A stretch of DNA of 63,307 nucleotides, the filler included, from Octopus bimaculoides (lineage: Eukaryota): NCBI RefSeq assembly GCF_001194135.2. It is 7 parts of 6 records of this genome, joined end to end, with 100 filler letters (N's around TTAATTAATTAA, not from the genome) between each part and the next. Parts side by side here need not be neighbours in the genome. Positions count along the whole stretch, not along the records: positions 1 to 4,929 come from NC_068985.1; positions 5,030 to 15,547 come from NC_069005.1; 5 more parts are not named here. One strand, 5' to 3'. The notes below the pieces were generated by a model. It did not search any database, was not told the DNA's origin, and saw only the letters and a program-made list of their open reading frames with translations. Shown piece after piece: positions 1 to 13,129 of this stretch. The stretch's first letter is position 1. Every line of letters starts with the position of its first letter. The translations under genes and the position numbers were made by a program.

Positions 1-1177
1 TGTGTGTGTGTATGTGTGTGTGTGTGAGTGTGTGTGTGTGTGACTGTGTGTGTGTGTGACTGTGTGTGTGTATGTGTGTGTGTGAATCATGCATGTTAAA
101 TTAAGGAATGAATGTGTATTGATTTCGAGAGGAGATATCTATACATTGACATAGAAAACTCTTATAGCGTTTTTTTCCCCTTGCATTAACTATTGTGATC
201 ATCATTGTTTTCTATTGCGTAATTAAATGGAATGAAAAGAAATACATTGAATTCTTCATACAAATTTGGAAATCCTGTATGTACATCAATATATTTAATA
301 TTCTGCCAGATTCTCTGAGTTGGAATCAGAATTAAATTTTCAAACTGTATGGCATTTGTATCCGTAGTTGGGAATATTTTTATATGTCCTTGTGTACGTC
401 AGTGAAATATACCCTGTTACAACACAGGGAATTTGGACATGAAAATTTTTGCTATGCAGTTAAAAAATTACGTGTATTCAATAACACAAAATAGTGAGTA
501 AAGTACAAAGGCATGTAACTCTATGTATATTGTTCAAAAGTGTAGAATGAACAAAACAAAATAATTACGGAGGCAAATTAGAAAAGGACAAACAAGCTTG
601 ATGTGTTTGGGGCTCAGGAAAAGTGGAGACATTGAAGTTTTTAGCCTACGCTTTTCTTCAGAAAGAAATCAAGAGAGAAGACAGATGGAGAAAAGGAAAA
701 ACGGAGAGTGGAAAAAAGGGACTGGGTTACCGGTTGCATATTTTAAGTTTATTTATTATGGTAGGTGTTCAGTGTTTCAAAAAGAGATACGCTAGGGCGG
801 TGAGGTTTCATAGTATGTGAGTTTTCGTCAACAATAATTCGTTATCGTGACGATTCAGTGGAAGGAGACTTGCTAACGTTCACATCAAGTTTAAATTATA
901 CTAATTCGTATATATAGGAAAGAGTGAATTCACTGGTATATATCCACTACTGTAAGCAATGAAAGGTTGGTATGCGTATGAGGTAATAGAGAGAAGATCT
1001 TGGAAAATAATTAAATGATGGAAAGCGTAGGGTATTCTACTGGTTGTATACTAAATGTATATGAAGTAAATAATTTATTGCTCACCTGTAAACTGAATTT
1101 TTTTTATATCTAATTTCAACTTACGAGCTGTGGCCATGCTGGGGCACCGCCGTTTGGTGTTGCTACATAATTTTACT

Positions 1178-1795
1178 TCACGAATGATTTATAAGAATTG
1201 ACATTTGGTTCATGATAGAGTTTGATGCAGGTGCCCTCATCTGCACCTCCTGCCGCGAAGTTGCTTCATCTGGGACAGTTGACAGTAAGAGGTCGAGTAT
1301 TCTTTTGAATACACCTATATCTACCCCGTGCACATCTCTCAGGTCCTTAGCGAGGATATTGAAGAGCTGTGTACCACTGAAGCCCAGACTGTTGCAGTAT
1401 ATTGTCCTACATTTTGATGGCAAATTTGGAGTCCTTGGCACTATGAAGTGGCGCCCAGTTGTAGTATTCGATGCCAAAGTTTGGGACAAGTCCTTCTAGG
1501 ATCTTCCAGATGTATATTATGGTATATCTTTCTCGACTACGTTCTATGGAATACAGTCTTAATCTCTTGAGTCTTTCTCAGTAGCTTATATGCTGCATAG
1601 AGGCTATCTTCTTCATGTAGCATCGTTGGATTGCCTCTAGTTCTGTGATTGATTTGACACTGGTTGGTGACCATAGCTGAGAGCAATAGTCAAATTGGAT
1701 TAGGACAAGTGTCCTCTACAGGACCATCATGGTTTCCTGATCTCTTGTTCTAAATGTTCTAAGAATCCATCAGGTTAGCCGTCTGCATTTCATTG
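1178..1795 (-). mobile_element. CR1/L2-type LINE, degenerate 3' end of RT ORF
   Basis: Minus-strand translation with stops: WILRTFRTRD..FDYCSQLWSP..ELEAIQR..SY*ERLKRLRLYSIERSRERYTIIYIWKILEGLVP..GTQLFNILAKDLR..FKRILDLLLSTVPDE. Confidence 0.8.
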
Positions 1796-3442
1796 CCAAT
1801 TTAGCAACAACTTTGATGAAAAACCATGCACGTACAATTCATATAGTATGACATGTGTGTTTCGTTTTGGAGAATCCAGATCCAGTTGTACAATGGCCTG
1901 TACCCGGTTAGAGCTCTAAGGAAATAGCTCAAAGCAAATCGAAGGGAAATAAGTATTCATGCATCGTTTCTGTTGAATTTCCCCAGATTTATTATCATAA
2001 CAAATTTGCTTTACATGTTTCAGTTACATATGTTTAAATAAATAATTGCTTTTGTCAGCAAAATTCGAAGTTTTGTTGGAGGAGTATAATTGAATACATT
2101 TCGGCCCCGAAATGATGAGCGACAAGGTCGACTTCCTCAAAATTTCAACACAAAATAATGTTTAATGTTGAGTAAAATATATGAAATATGGAATACGTGA
2201 GTGATACTTTAAAGATTTATAGTTATTTAAAGAAATCTCAATATTACATACATGTATCGTATCTGCTTCTTAATAGGACTATTCGGGTGCGCATAATGAA
2301 GATGCGTGTTATATTCTACAAAATAATTTCATTTGTAAAACTTCCAAAACATGTCAGTCAATTTTTTCATTGTATGTCGGGTTTGGAAGATTTAATCGTG
2401 GAAATGTGTAATGCTTCATCTTTTCTCTTCTACGTGTTTCAATCGTTAGACTGCGGCCATACCGGAGCACCGCTTTTCAGTAATTTTTAGTCAAATGAAT
2501 CGATACCAGGACATATTTTTTTAAAGCCGGGTACTTATTTTATCGGTCTTTTTCGCCGGAATACTAAGTTACATGCAACGCAGTGGGACTGAACACGGAA
2601 TCATGTGGCTGAGCATTTGTAATACCGCATGAGATTCATTTATGAAATGATAAATTAATGCATCTCCTGACAGTAAGAGGTAAATAGAAATTATAAGTAT
2701 CTTAACTCCAAAGTTCACAAGTTAGTGACAACTACAGAATAACCATTTCAAGAAATATAAATCGAAAATAATTGGACAAGTTATTGCTAACGAGGATAAT
2801 TTATATTCTCATTGGAAATGGAAAGTTGACGAATATTTAACGGCTGTTTTGTTAATGGAAGGAAAGGCTCTAATGATGAATTAAGAAAGACTCATTATCT
2901 AAGTTTAGTGGTCATCTGTTTATCATATTACAAGTGTAATATCATATTATTATAAACATTTAAGTCTCTATCCTCGTTTTATGATAGAGTTGAGTAGTAC
3001 TGTACTGTAACAATCATGAAATCAAAGTTAGAGAGCAAAGACCTGTACTAACATGACTATTAAAACACAGGAGACACTTTTAGACTATAAGATTTCAATA
3101 GAAATATAAACATGGTGAACGAAATTATATTGTCTATTTAATTTATTGAAAGCACGATATGATAGATGAGAGTAAAGTTATGATTTTATATAAGTTTTAA
3201 ACGTTCTTTATTCGTTTAAGCGTTTCGGACATTATGCTAAGGCCACGCTGGGGCAAAATCTTGAAGACCCTAGTATGTGTAATTTTTTTAAACACCTGGT
3301 ATTTACACTTTCGGTCACTTTTGCCGAACCTCTATGTAATGGGTTCGTAAACATTAACAGAGGTTGTTAAGCGGTTGTGGAGAACAAACATAGACACATG
3401 CACACACATACACACATACAATTATATATATATATGTATATA

Positions 3443-3473
<31 letters not shown>

Positions 3474-4287
3474 NNNNNNNNNNNNNNNNNNNNNNNNNNN
3501 NNNNNNNNNNNNNNNNNNNNNNNNNNNNNNNNNNNNNNNNNNNNNNNNNNNNNNNNNNNNNNNNNNNNNNNNNNNNNNNNNNNNNNNNNNNNNNNNNNNN
3601 NNNNNNNNNNNNNNNNNNNNNNNNNNNNNNNNNNNNNNNNNNNNNNNNNNNNNNNNNNNNNNNNNNNNNNNNNNNNNNNNNNNNNNNNNNNNNNNNNNNN
3701 NNNNNNNNNNNNNNNNNNNNNNNNNNNNNNNNNNNNNNNNNNNNNNNNNNNNNNNNNNNNNNNNNNNNNNNNNNNNNNNNNNNNNNNNNNNNNNNNNNNN
3801 NNNNNNNNNNNNNNNNNNNNNNNNNNNNNNNNNNNNNNNNNNNNNNNNNNNNNNNNNNNNNNNNNNNNNNNNNNNNNNNNNNNNNNNNNNNNNNNNNNNN
3901 NNNNNNNNNNNNNNNNNNNNNNNNNNNNNNNNNNNNNNNNNNNNNNNNNNNNNNNNNNNNNNNNNNNNNNNNNNNNNNNNNNNNNNNNNNNNNNNNNNNN
4001 NNNNNNNNNNNNNNNNNNNNNNNNNNNNNNNNNNNNNNNNNNNNNNNNNNNNNNNNNNNNNNNNNNNNNNNNNNNNNNNNNNCACCATTATCGGTGGAGA
4101 ACTTATTTAAAAGTTCATATATATTTATAAACATAATTTAGGGATCAGCAAATATTTGCTTCACCACATACCGAAGTTCAGAAATAGCAGCTAAAAAAGC
4201 TGAGACTCCAACAGATTGCATTACTTGTAACTCACAAAGGCAAAAACAAGAAGAAAAAACAATGAAAACTAACCATTCCGAAGATTA

Positions 4288-4347
4288 ATCGTAGACACGT
4301 TCCTGGATTATGAGTGATAAATGCTCAATTTCCTTCATCAATACGAT
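4288..4347 (-). ncRNA. Degenerate type I hammerhead ribozyme motif (Penelope-associated)
   Basis: Minus strand reads ATCGTA-TTGATGA-AGGA..TCC-AGGAAC-GT-GTC-TACGAT. The 6-bp stem I and GUC triplet are intact; both core boxes are mutated. Confidence 0.45.
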
Positions 4348-4366
4348 ATTCCAGTAGTAAATTCGA

Positions 4367-4742
4367 CTATGCTAGCAAACTGAGCATGCATGAACGAGTA
4401 ACTTTCTACATTGACACAAATCTGAAAGCATAACCGAATCTACCTCGGCCAGCTAGTCTACTATTCTTCCTTCAAGAAATTACCATGTGCGTGACAAGCA
4501 ATAACGCAGAGAATGTGCGTTTACTAACAGGGTTTGAATAATTATCACAAATTAAAAGGGTAAAGGATTATCAATTTATTAATTTATTAATAAATCAACA
4601 ATTGGTATTGCTTGTCACGCACATGGTAATTTCTTGAAGGAAGGATAGTAGACTGGCTGGCCGAGGTAGATTCGGTTATGCTTTCAGATTTGTGTCGATG
4701 TAGAATGTTACTCGTTCATGCATGCACAGTTTGCTAGCATAG
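4367..4742. repeat. 137-bp inverted repeat (arms 4367-4503 and 4606-4742) abutting a Penelope RT fragment
   Basis: Arms are reverse complements with about 5 mismatches; 102-bp spacer. Confidence 0.9.
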
Positions 4743-4929
4743 AAAAAGATTACATCACTAATTTCAAATGCAAGCCCAGCCTCTTCTATGGCCTCCCTAA
4801 AATCCATAAGAACAAATCCATCACCGAAGCTTGCAAACTCTCCTCTGAAATCTACATCAACATCAAGGCACCGGAAGATTTAAAACTAAGACCCATTATA
4901 GCAGGCACCTCCTGCGAAACACATCGCTT
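4742..4929 (+). mobile_element. Penelope-like element reverse transcriptase fragment (runs into gap)
   Basis: EKDYITNFKCKPSLFYGLPKIHK...DLKLRPIIAG contains the FYGLPKIHK..LRPI motif typical of PLE RTs. Confidence 0.8.
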
Positions 4930-5055
4930 NNNNNNNNNNNNNNNNNNNNNNNNNNNNNNNNNNNNNNNNNNNNTTAATTAATTAANNNNNNNNNNNNNNN
5001 NNNNNNNNNNNNNNNNNNNNNNNNNNNNNAAAAAGTGCAATTAGTCCGACTAAAC

Positions 5056-5404
5056 CAGTGGTTTTTCAACCAATTTTTTTTTTTTTATCTATGGACCCCT
5101 TTCATTAGTATTTTACTCTGGTGGACCTTCACAGCTATTCGATGTTTTGAAAACTTGTTTTATAGAAGCTCCTTTCAAAATTCCTATTTCGTTTTTCAAA
5201 CATTAACTTGTGTAATTTGAACTATGTGAAACGTTCGAAAAAGAAACCTAACTGTTTCTTGTAATAAATACATCTAAAGCAACATTTTTCCATGGACCCT
5301 TGATATACTACTGCGAGTCCCCAATTTACTATTTTGCTTGAGTGGATCCCCAGAAATATTATATGGAACCTCAGGGGTCATATGAACCCGGTTGAGAACC
5401 ACTG
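5056..5404. mobile_element. hAT (Charlie-like) MITE
   Basis: TIRs CAGTGGTTTTTCAACC / GGTTGAGAACCACTG. Degenerate 8-bp TSD gactaaac / gcctaaat. Related single ends at ~10502 and ~38506. Confidence 0.75.
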
Positions 5405-5635
5405 GCCTAAATCCTTCAAGGCGGTGCTCCTGTATGGGACCGTAATCTAAAGACTCAAACAAATAACAAAAATAAAAATAACTTTAAAAAAAACACAGCA
5501 GGGTTGCTCCTAAAAAGCAGCTCGGTTTAATGTTATTAAGTTGAAAGTCCGACGCAATTACCAGTTTTGTAATAATTATTTAATTTTTGTTTTTATTTAT
5601 TTTTTGTGTGTGTTTTAGGATCAACCTCTTCCACT

Positions 5636-6012
5636 GTGTGCTGGTACTTATTTTATCGATCCCGATAGGGATGAAAGGCAAAGTCGACCTCGGCGGTATT
5701 TCAATCCAGAACGTAAAGGCGGACGAAATGTCGCTAAGCGTTTTGCCCGGTGTGCTTACGATTCTGCCAACTCTTCCTCTTATGTTACATAATAAATTGG
5801 TTTTAAATTTCGACACAAAGCCAGCAATTTCGGAGGAGGTGGCAAGTCGATTAGATCGCCCCCAGTAATCAAGTGGTACTTATTTTATCTACCCCCGAAT
5901 GATGAAAAGTGAAGTCGACCTCGGCGACATTGGAACCCAGGACATACAGACGGACGAAATGCCACTTAGCATTTTGCCCGGCGTGTTAACGATTCTACCT
6001 GCTCTTTGCCTT
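5636..6012 (-). mobile_element. Two adjacent copies of abundant SINE family B
   Basis: Share the core GTCGAC(C/T)TCGGCGG..GAAC(T/C)CAGAACGTA..GATTCTGCCA with copies at ~12975, 17201, 17690, 21205, 28865, 43955, 47088 and 48625. Confidence 0.75.
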
Positions 6013-7302
6013 ATGTTGCATAGTAAATTAAAAAGACATATTGTAAATTCCTTGAAAAAAAAATGATCAAAAACAGAATTGAAACAAGGAAATTACTTGA
6101 AATAAAAAAAATATGAAAATTTTTTGAAATGACCTGGAGTCGTTTCTACCGAGAGAACAGGAGTGATTTCACAAAATATGAGTCAAACACTTTACTCAGT
6201 GTCAGTTATTTTGCTCGTATGTAAAAAAAGATGGATAAAACCATGTTAGGAAATAAAATAGAAACAAGAAGTACAAAAATTCTCATCTCAAATGATACAA
6301 TTTACAAACGAATTATGGCTGTATCACGTACGCACGTACGCACGCAACAGATATCGAAGAAAAGATATAAAATAAACTTTAGAAGTCAGAATTCGCTTTG
6401 CAAACAGACAAATCTACTGACATAAGTCACGAAGTATAATTACTTCCATTTCCTTATTCTATTGATGGAAATCGAATCATAAATCAGTGCTTTTTTTTTC
6501 GTTTGTGCTTTTTCTTTTGCTGTTTAATTTATCGCTTAGAAAAATATCAAAGTTAACTAATAGTGTCGCTGTGGAAAAAAGGCGAGCCATACCTATACTA
6601 GTGGCACAGCTAGAGTGTGTGCTACCCGGGTTAACCCTTGAGCTATTCGCTACACTCTGGGTTCCACAACATACACGAAGTACTTCCGCTCAGTTTCCGT
6701 CTAACGAATTCAATCATAAGGCATTGGTCGACCCGTGCTACAACAGAAGACTCTTACGCAAGGTGCCATGCTATGGGACTGAACTCATAAAGTTCCTCCA
6801 CCGTACAAATGCTGCCCGGGGAATACCGTCCCTGCCCCCGGCTCTATCTACACTACAGACCTATTACAGGCATTGAACGAATTGAGACTGCTTACTTTAA
6901 TTCGCCTTGACAACCAATGACATATTTCTCATGGGTTTTGTTACATTTTTAGTTTTGAAATCTTTTGTCGAAATACGTCAACGTTATTATTGCTACACAT
7001 AAAACTGTCACGAAATCAATAAAGTCACGGGTAACCGTGAGACGTTGATAATTAAGTGCAATCAATCTATTATGCACGCAGTATTCATTCATTCATTACT
7101 CGTTTAGCTGCTGGAGCAAATCGTCGCCGAAATAAGTGGTATTAATGTCACTGAACCCCTATTATTTACATAATTCAGTTTCAGGTAACTCTTCTTTCGA
7201 TTATCGTATACTTCAAACTTGAGCAACTCGACCTACACACACACACACGTGCGCACGTACGTACTCACAGACACACGCACGTGCACACACACACACAGAC
7301 AG

Positions 7303-7348
<46 letters not shown>

Positions 7349-7699
7349 TGCGTTTATGCGTTTTAACATTCAGGATTCATCCAGTTGCCATTCACCACCA
7401 TTTTCATCAGTATGAAGTAATTCCCACCAAGATATTCTGTTCTCTGAAATACTGGCTTCAAATTTTGGCGCAAGGCCCCAAATTTCGGAGTAGGGGCTAA
7501 GTCGATTAGATCGACCCCCAGTACTCAACCGGTTCTTATCTTATCGATCCCGAAAGGAGTGAAAGGCAAATTGAATAAAAACAAACACGATACTCAATTT
7601 AGAATATTTATTTATATTATCATAACTGCATCTTATTCAAATGCTGCCGGGATTGACTTTGCCTTTCATCCCTTCGAGATCGATAAAATAAGTAGCAGC

Positions 7700-8135
7700 T
7701 GAACATTAATTTTAGCCGTGTGACAAGGAGTTCCATCTTCCATAAATACGGAATTTTCTTTAATCATTTCACCAGTGGAGAAGATTGGAAGGGGTCCTTT
7801 CTACAATGTGGACACGTATTTATCTGAGTTTATGTTTCTCTCACACTCCACCAGTTCTGATCAACCACTGCTCCAAATTGCTCCCCAGGCCATCGTAGAA
7901 TAGCTGCCGTGTTTCATTGTTGGCTGCAATCTTTTCACATCAAATTCTTGATTACAGAGTCTTCAGACCCACATTCGACCACTGCCAGGAAATACAACGA
8001 ATCTGGACTCATCAGAAAATATGACAGTGTCCCAAAATGCTAGTGGCCTCTCCACCATCGCACTGGCCCAATCTTTTCTCCGCTTGACGTTGGCTGGTCG
8101 AAGAAGTGGCTTCCTTCTTGCTGTTCTTCGCCGGG
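7700..8135 (-). mobile_element. Tc1-like transposase remnant
   Basis: [54 protein letters not shown], covering the first two catalytic Asp motifs; internal stops. Confidence 0.85.
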
Positions 8136-8487
8136 CGAAATTCTTAGCGGTATTTCGTCGGTCTTTACGTTCTGAGTTCAAATTCTGCTGAGGTCGACTT
8201 TGCCTTTCATCCTTTCGGGGTCGATAAATTAGGTACCAGTTGCGTACTGGAGTCAATCTAATTGACTGCTCCCTCCCCAACAAAATTTCAGGACTTGTAC
8301 CTTTAGTAGAAAAGTATATTGCGACAGTTACAGAATATAGAAAGAAGTGTAAAAATGATAACTATATAATCCAACCAAAATATCTGTTACGTAAACGTAA
8401 ACAGAATTACTATTTAGCCTTAAAATACATCGTACATATTCAAAGAACCTTCTTGGTTTAGTGGTACAGACCATCCTTCTGGTATTC

Positions 8488-8700
8488 TTTTACTTGTTTC
8501 GGTCATTTGACGGTGGCCATGCTGGAACACCAGCCTTTAGTCGAAGAAATTGAATCCTGGACTTATTCCCTGTAAGCCTGGTGCTTATCCTATCAGTCTC
8601 TTTGCTGAAGAGCTAAGTTTCAGGGATGCAAACACACCAACATCGGTTGTCAAGCAATGGTGGTGGGAGACAAACACAGACACAAACACACACATAAACA
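8488..8700 (+). mobile_element. SINE family C copy
   Basis: TTTTACTTGTTTC.GTCATTTGAC.G.GGCCATGCTGGA.CAC..CC..GACAAACACAGACAC motif; other copies at ~2430, 3230, 14195, 24005, 29505, 31560, 34235, 43870 and 61695. Confidence 0.7.
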
Positions 8701-8759
8701 TATACATATATACATATATACATATCCATCCATATCTATCTATCTACCTACCTACCTAC

Positions 8760-8818
<59 letters not shown>

Positions 8819-8879
8819 ATATATATATGACGGGCTTGGAGGTGGTGGTGATGTTGGCTGGTGCGATTTTGTGGTTTGC

Positions 8880-9228
8880 TGGTATGCCGAGAGAGATCCT
8901 TCTCTCTTTCTCATATTTTCCCAGCTGCATTTCTCATATTTTTCTAAGTACAGCTGCCTTTGCTCTTGACTCACATATTCTCGATTCTGTGGATCTCTAT
9001 CTCTCTTATTTTGAAAATACTCTTTTCTTTGGTCATGGCTCATTTGTTCTATCCTTTGCTGATTCCTTTCCTTCCTATGCCATAGGATACGTTCCCTCTC
9101 CTCTTGGCTCTTCTCTGTCTCATCCTCAAGCGATTTTGATTCCTTATTTCCTCCCGCTGTTCCTCGTGCAACCGTTCTCCCCTCCTACACTGACGCTCTC
9201 GTGCTGCATCTCTCATGCGATTATCCAT
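8880..9228 (-). pseudogene. Frameshifted charged R/E/Q-rich ORF remnant, possibly a Helitron N-terminal repeat region
   Basis: MDNRMRDAARERQCRRGERLHEEQREEIRNQNRLRMRQRRA, then after a frameshift EERERILWHRKERNQQRIEQMSHDQRKEYF..SQEQRQLYL. Family assignment is by resemblance only. Confidence 0.35.
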
Positions 9229-10670
9229 ATTTTAAAACTTGTTATTAAAACAATAAATCTCCAAAATGATTCAGAGTATTCCAATTGAAAAACATATACG
9301 AACGTATTGGACAGTTTTTGTTTAAAAGGTGAAAATATATCTGAAATACTCATCTAATGTGCAAGGACGCAGTATATAGGATACGGTAATTAATTATATT
9401 GTAGGAAAGTAAAAAGTAAAGAGAAAAAATAGAATTAATATTTTTGATTTTGTTCGGCTCTATGAATTTAATTTTTTTTAAATGCTTTCGTTAATTGCTT
9501 GATACAAGAAAAAAGAAATTGAAAAAATCCCAACTAAANNNNNNNNNNNNNNNNNNNNNNNNNNNNNNNNNNNNNNNNNNNNNNNNNNNNNNNNNNNNNN
9601 NNNNNNNNNNNNNNNNNNNNNNNNNNNNNNNNNNNNNNNNNNNNNNNNNNNNNNNNNNNNNNNNNNNNNNNNNNNNNNNNNNNNNNNNNNNNNNNNNNNN
9701 NNNNNNNNNNNNNNNNNNNNNNNNNNNNNNNNNNNNNNNNNNNNNNNNNNNNNNNNNNNNNNNNNNNNNNNNNNNNNNNNNNNNNNNNNNNNNNNNNNNN
9801 NNNNNNNNNNNNNNNNNNNNNNNNNNNNNNNNNNNNNNNNNNNNNNNNNNNNNNNNNNNNNNNNNNNNNNNNNNNNNNNNNNNNNNNNNNNNNNNNNNNN
9901 NNNNNNNNNNNNNNNNNNNNNNNNNNNNNNNNNNNNNNNNNNNNNNNNNNNNNNNNNNNNNNNNNNNNNNNNNNNNNNNNNNNNNNNNNNNNNNNNNNNN
10001 NNNNNNNNNNNNNNNNNNNNNNNNNNNNNNNNNNNNNNNNNNNNNNNNNNNNNNNNNNNNNNNNNNNNNNNNNNNNNNNNNNNNNNNNNNNNNNNNNNNN
10101 NNNNNNNNNNNNNNNNNNNNNNNNNNNNNNNNNNNNNNNNNNNNNNNNNNNNNNNNNNNNNNNNNNNNNNNNNNNNNNNNNNNNNNNNNNNNNNNNNNNN
10201 NNNNNNNNNNNNNNNNNNNNNNNNNNNNNNNNNNNNNNNNNNNNNNNNTTTATAATTAAAACAAATTCAAAATTTAAATTTTGGAACATAAGATTTAACA
10301 TGTTATCTAGTGTATGGCCGAATTCAAATGGGTAGAAGACTTAAAACAAATGTGTGTGTGTGTGTGTGTGTGTGTGGTTGGGCCTTTAATAGCCAGGGGT
10401 CAATTTCAGTTCAACCGTAGAAAGGAATTCGAATTGGAAAAATCCTGACCAAAACAGATAAATTCTAACTTAACTTTCTCATGTTAGTTACATGTTTAGA
10501 CCAGTGGTTCTCAATCAGGGTTCATATGACCCTTGGGGTTCCATATAAGATTTTGTTGTTAAAATCCATGTCCAATAAACTGGATACATTTCTACATTAC
10601 ACGAAATATTTTAATAATTTAGAAATAATACATTTCTAAATCTCTCAGAGAGATTTATGCAGTAATGATA

Positions 10671-10921
10671 CGATGAAGTAGTTGTATACTGTCAACTTAA
10701 TGTGACAGTCCCATGAAGGGAATAATACTACTGTTGGTTAGACCTAGGAAGCTGCATCGCTTCCTGTCGGCCTTGACACATTTCCTGTGTCCTTATGTTT
10801 ACAAGGGGGAGACAAGCACCTCCACCCAGCTAAGCCTGCATCCAGAGACATGTTTCTGAGTCTATTTTATTCCCTTCAGGGGACTGTCACATTAAGTTGA
10901 CAGCATACAACTACTTCATCG
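10671..10921. repeat. 55-bp inverted repeat element (arms 10671-10725 and 10867-10921)
   Basis: CGATGAAGTAGTTGTAT..GAAGGGAATAA and its reverse complement differ at 2 positions; the right arm ends at a gap. Confidence 0.85.
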
Positions 10922-12082
10922 NNNNNNNNNNNNNNNNNNNNNNNNNNNNNNNNNNNNNNNNNNNNNNNNNNNNNNNNNNNNNNNNNNNNNNNNNNNNNNN
11001 NNNNNNNNNNNNNNNNNNNNNNNNNNNNNNNNNNNNNNNNNNNNNNNNNNNNNNNNNNNNNNNNNNNNNNNNNNNNNNNNNNNNNNNNNNNNNNNNNNNN
11101 NNNNNNNNNNNNNNNNNNNNNNNNNNNNNNNNNNNNNNNNNNNNNNNNNNNNNNNNNNNNNNNNNNNNNNNNNNNNNNNNNNNNNNNNNNNNNNNNNNNN
11201 NNNNNNNNNNNNNNNNNNNNNNNNNNNNNNNNNNNNNNNNNNNNNNNNNNNNNNNNNNNNNNNNNNNNNNNNNNNNNNNNNNNNNNNNNNNNNNNNNNNN
11301 NNNNNNNNNNNNNNNNNNNNNNNNNNNNNNNNNNNNNNNNNNNNNNNNNNNNNNNNNNNNNNNNNNNNNNNNNNNNNNNNNNNNNNNNNNNNNNNNNNNN
11401 NNNNNNNNNNNNNNNNNNNNNNNNNNNNNNNNNNNNNNNNNNNNNNNNNNNNNNNNNNNNNNNNNNNNNNNNNNNNNNNNNNNNNNNNNNNNNNNNNNNN
11501 NNNNNNNNNNNNNNNNNNNNNNNNNNNNNNNNNNNNNNNNNNNNNNNNNNNNNNNNNNNNNNNNNNNNNNNNNNNNNNNNNNNNNNNNNNNNNNNNNNNN
11601 NNNNNNNNNNNNNNNNNNNNNNNNNNNNNNNNNNNNNNNNNNNNNNNNNNNNNNNNNNNNNNNNNNNNNNNNNNNNNNNNNNNNNNNNNNNNNNNNNNNN
11701 NNNNNNNNNNNNNNNNNNNNNNNNNNNNNNNNNNNNNNNNNNNNNNNNNNNNNNNNNNNNNNNNNNNNNNNNNNNNNNNNNNNNNNNNNNNNNNNNNNNN
11801 NNNNNNNNNNNNNNNNNNNNNNNNNNNNNNNNNNNNNNNNNNNNNNNNNNNNNNNNNNNNNNNNNNNNNNNNNNNNNNNNNNNNNNNNNNNNNNACGCCA
11901 GCACTATTTGAACGCAGAACGCCGAGGGATATATGCAAAGAGGGCGTGGCTTGTGTCACTGAACGGCCGTTGTAAAGTTAAATATAATAGATGCTTGAAG
12001 GATCATTAGACGATGTTATAAAAGATTATTAGGCTTTATTCTGTAGTGACGTGGAAATTAATTAGCTTCGAATATTTGTTCT

Positions 12083-12686
12083 ATAATTAATGACGTGTGT
12101 GTGTGTGTGTGAGTGCACGTGTGAATGTATATGCCTGTGTATGTACGTGTGTATGTGTACGTGTGCATGTGTGTTTATATGCATGCGCGCATGTGTGTGT
12201 ATATGTGCAAGTGCGTGTACATGTGTATGCATGTATGTGTACGTTTGTAAAAGACTGTGTGTGTGTGTGCGTGCGTGCGTGTGCGTGTGTGTGTGTGTGC
12301 GTGCGTGAGTGTGTGTGCGCGTGTGAATGTATATGTCTGTGTATGTACGTGTGTATGTGTGTTTATATGCATGCGCGCATGTGTATGTATAGGTGTGAGT
12401 GAGTGTACATGTGTATGCGTGTATATGTACGTGTGCATATGACTGTGTGTGTGTGCGTGCATGAGTGTGTGTGCACGTGTGAATGTATATGTCTGTGTAT
12501 GTACGTGTGTATGTGCGTATGTGCACGTATGTACGTGAGTATGTGTACGCGCGTGTGTTTGTATGTGTGCCCGTATGTGAATATATATGAGTAAGCGCGG
12601 GTACATGTGTATGCGTGTATGTGTACGTGTGTATGTGAGTATGTGTAAGCATGTGTGTGTGCGAGTGCACGTGCGTATATGACTAA

Positions 12687-12724
<38 letters not shown>
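12083..12724. repeat. Compound (TG)-derived satellite with higher-order repeats
   Basis: GTGTGAATGTATATG(C/T)CTGTGTATGTACGTGTGTATG recurs near 12119, 12321 and 12479. Confidence 0.85.
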
Positions 12725-13129
12725 TTGCTGCATCTATGATACTGTTTACACAGTCAAATGTATACAAATAACAACAATAACTACAAAAGTAGCAATAGAA
12801 CAATGATGACAGCGACAGCACTGACAGTAACAAACCCCAACGCTGCCCCTCCCCACCAAAAACTGCCCTGAGACAATTAAAAGTAACAGTAGCAGCAGCA
12901 ACTAAAGAAACAACAACAACAACTATAACAACACCACCAACAATAAAAGTTGATTCAAATTTTGGCACGCAGTACTTTATTTTATCGATCACCGAGAAAT
13001 GAAAGGAAAAGTCGATCTCGGTGGGATTTGAACTCAGAACGTAAAGAGCCGACAGAAATGTCGCTAAGTATTTTTGGCCACGTTAACGACTCTGCCAGCT
13101 CTCCACCTTAAGAGAAATAATGACAATAG

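Noticed and set aside
4974-4985. TTAATTAATTAA in the middle of ~100-bp N runs (also 15592, 21447, 28588, 31108, 46610)
   Set aside because: Identical 12-mer with stops in all six frames, centred in fixed-size gaps: a scaffolding linker, not biology.
12062-12992. His/Thr- and Cys/Val-rich ORFs
   Set aside because: Translations of (CA/TG)-derived satellite.
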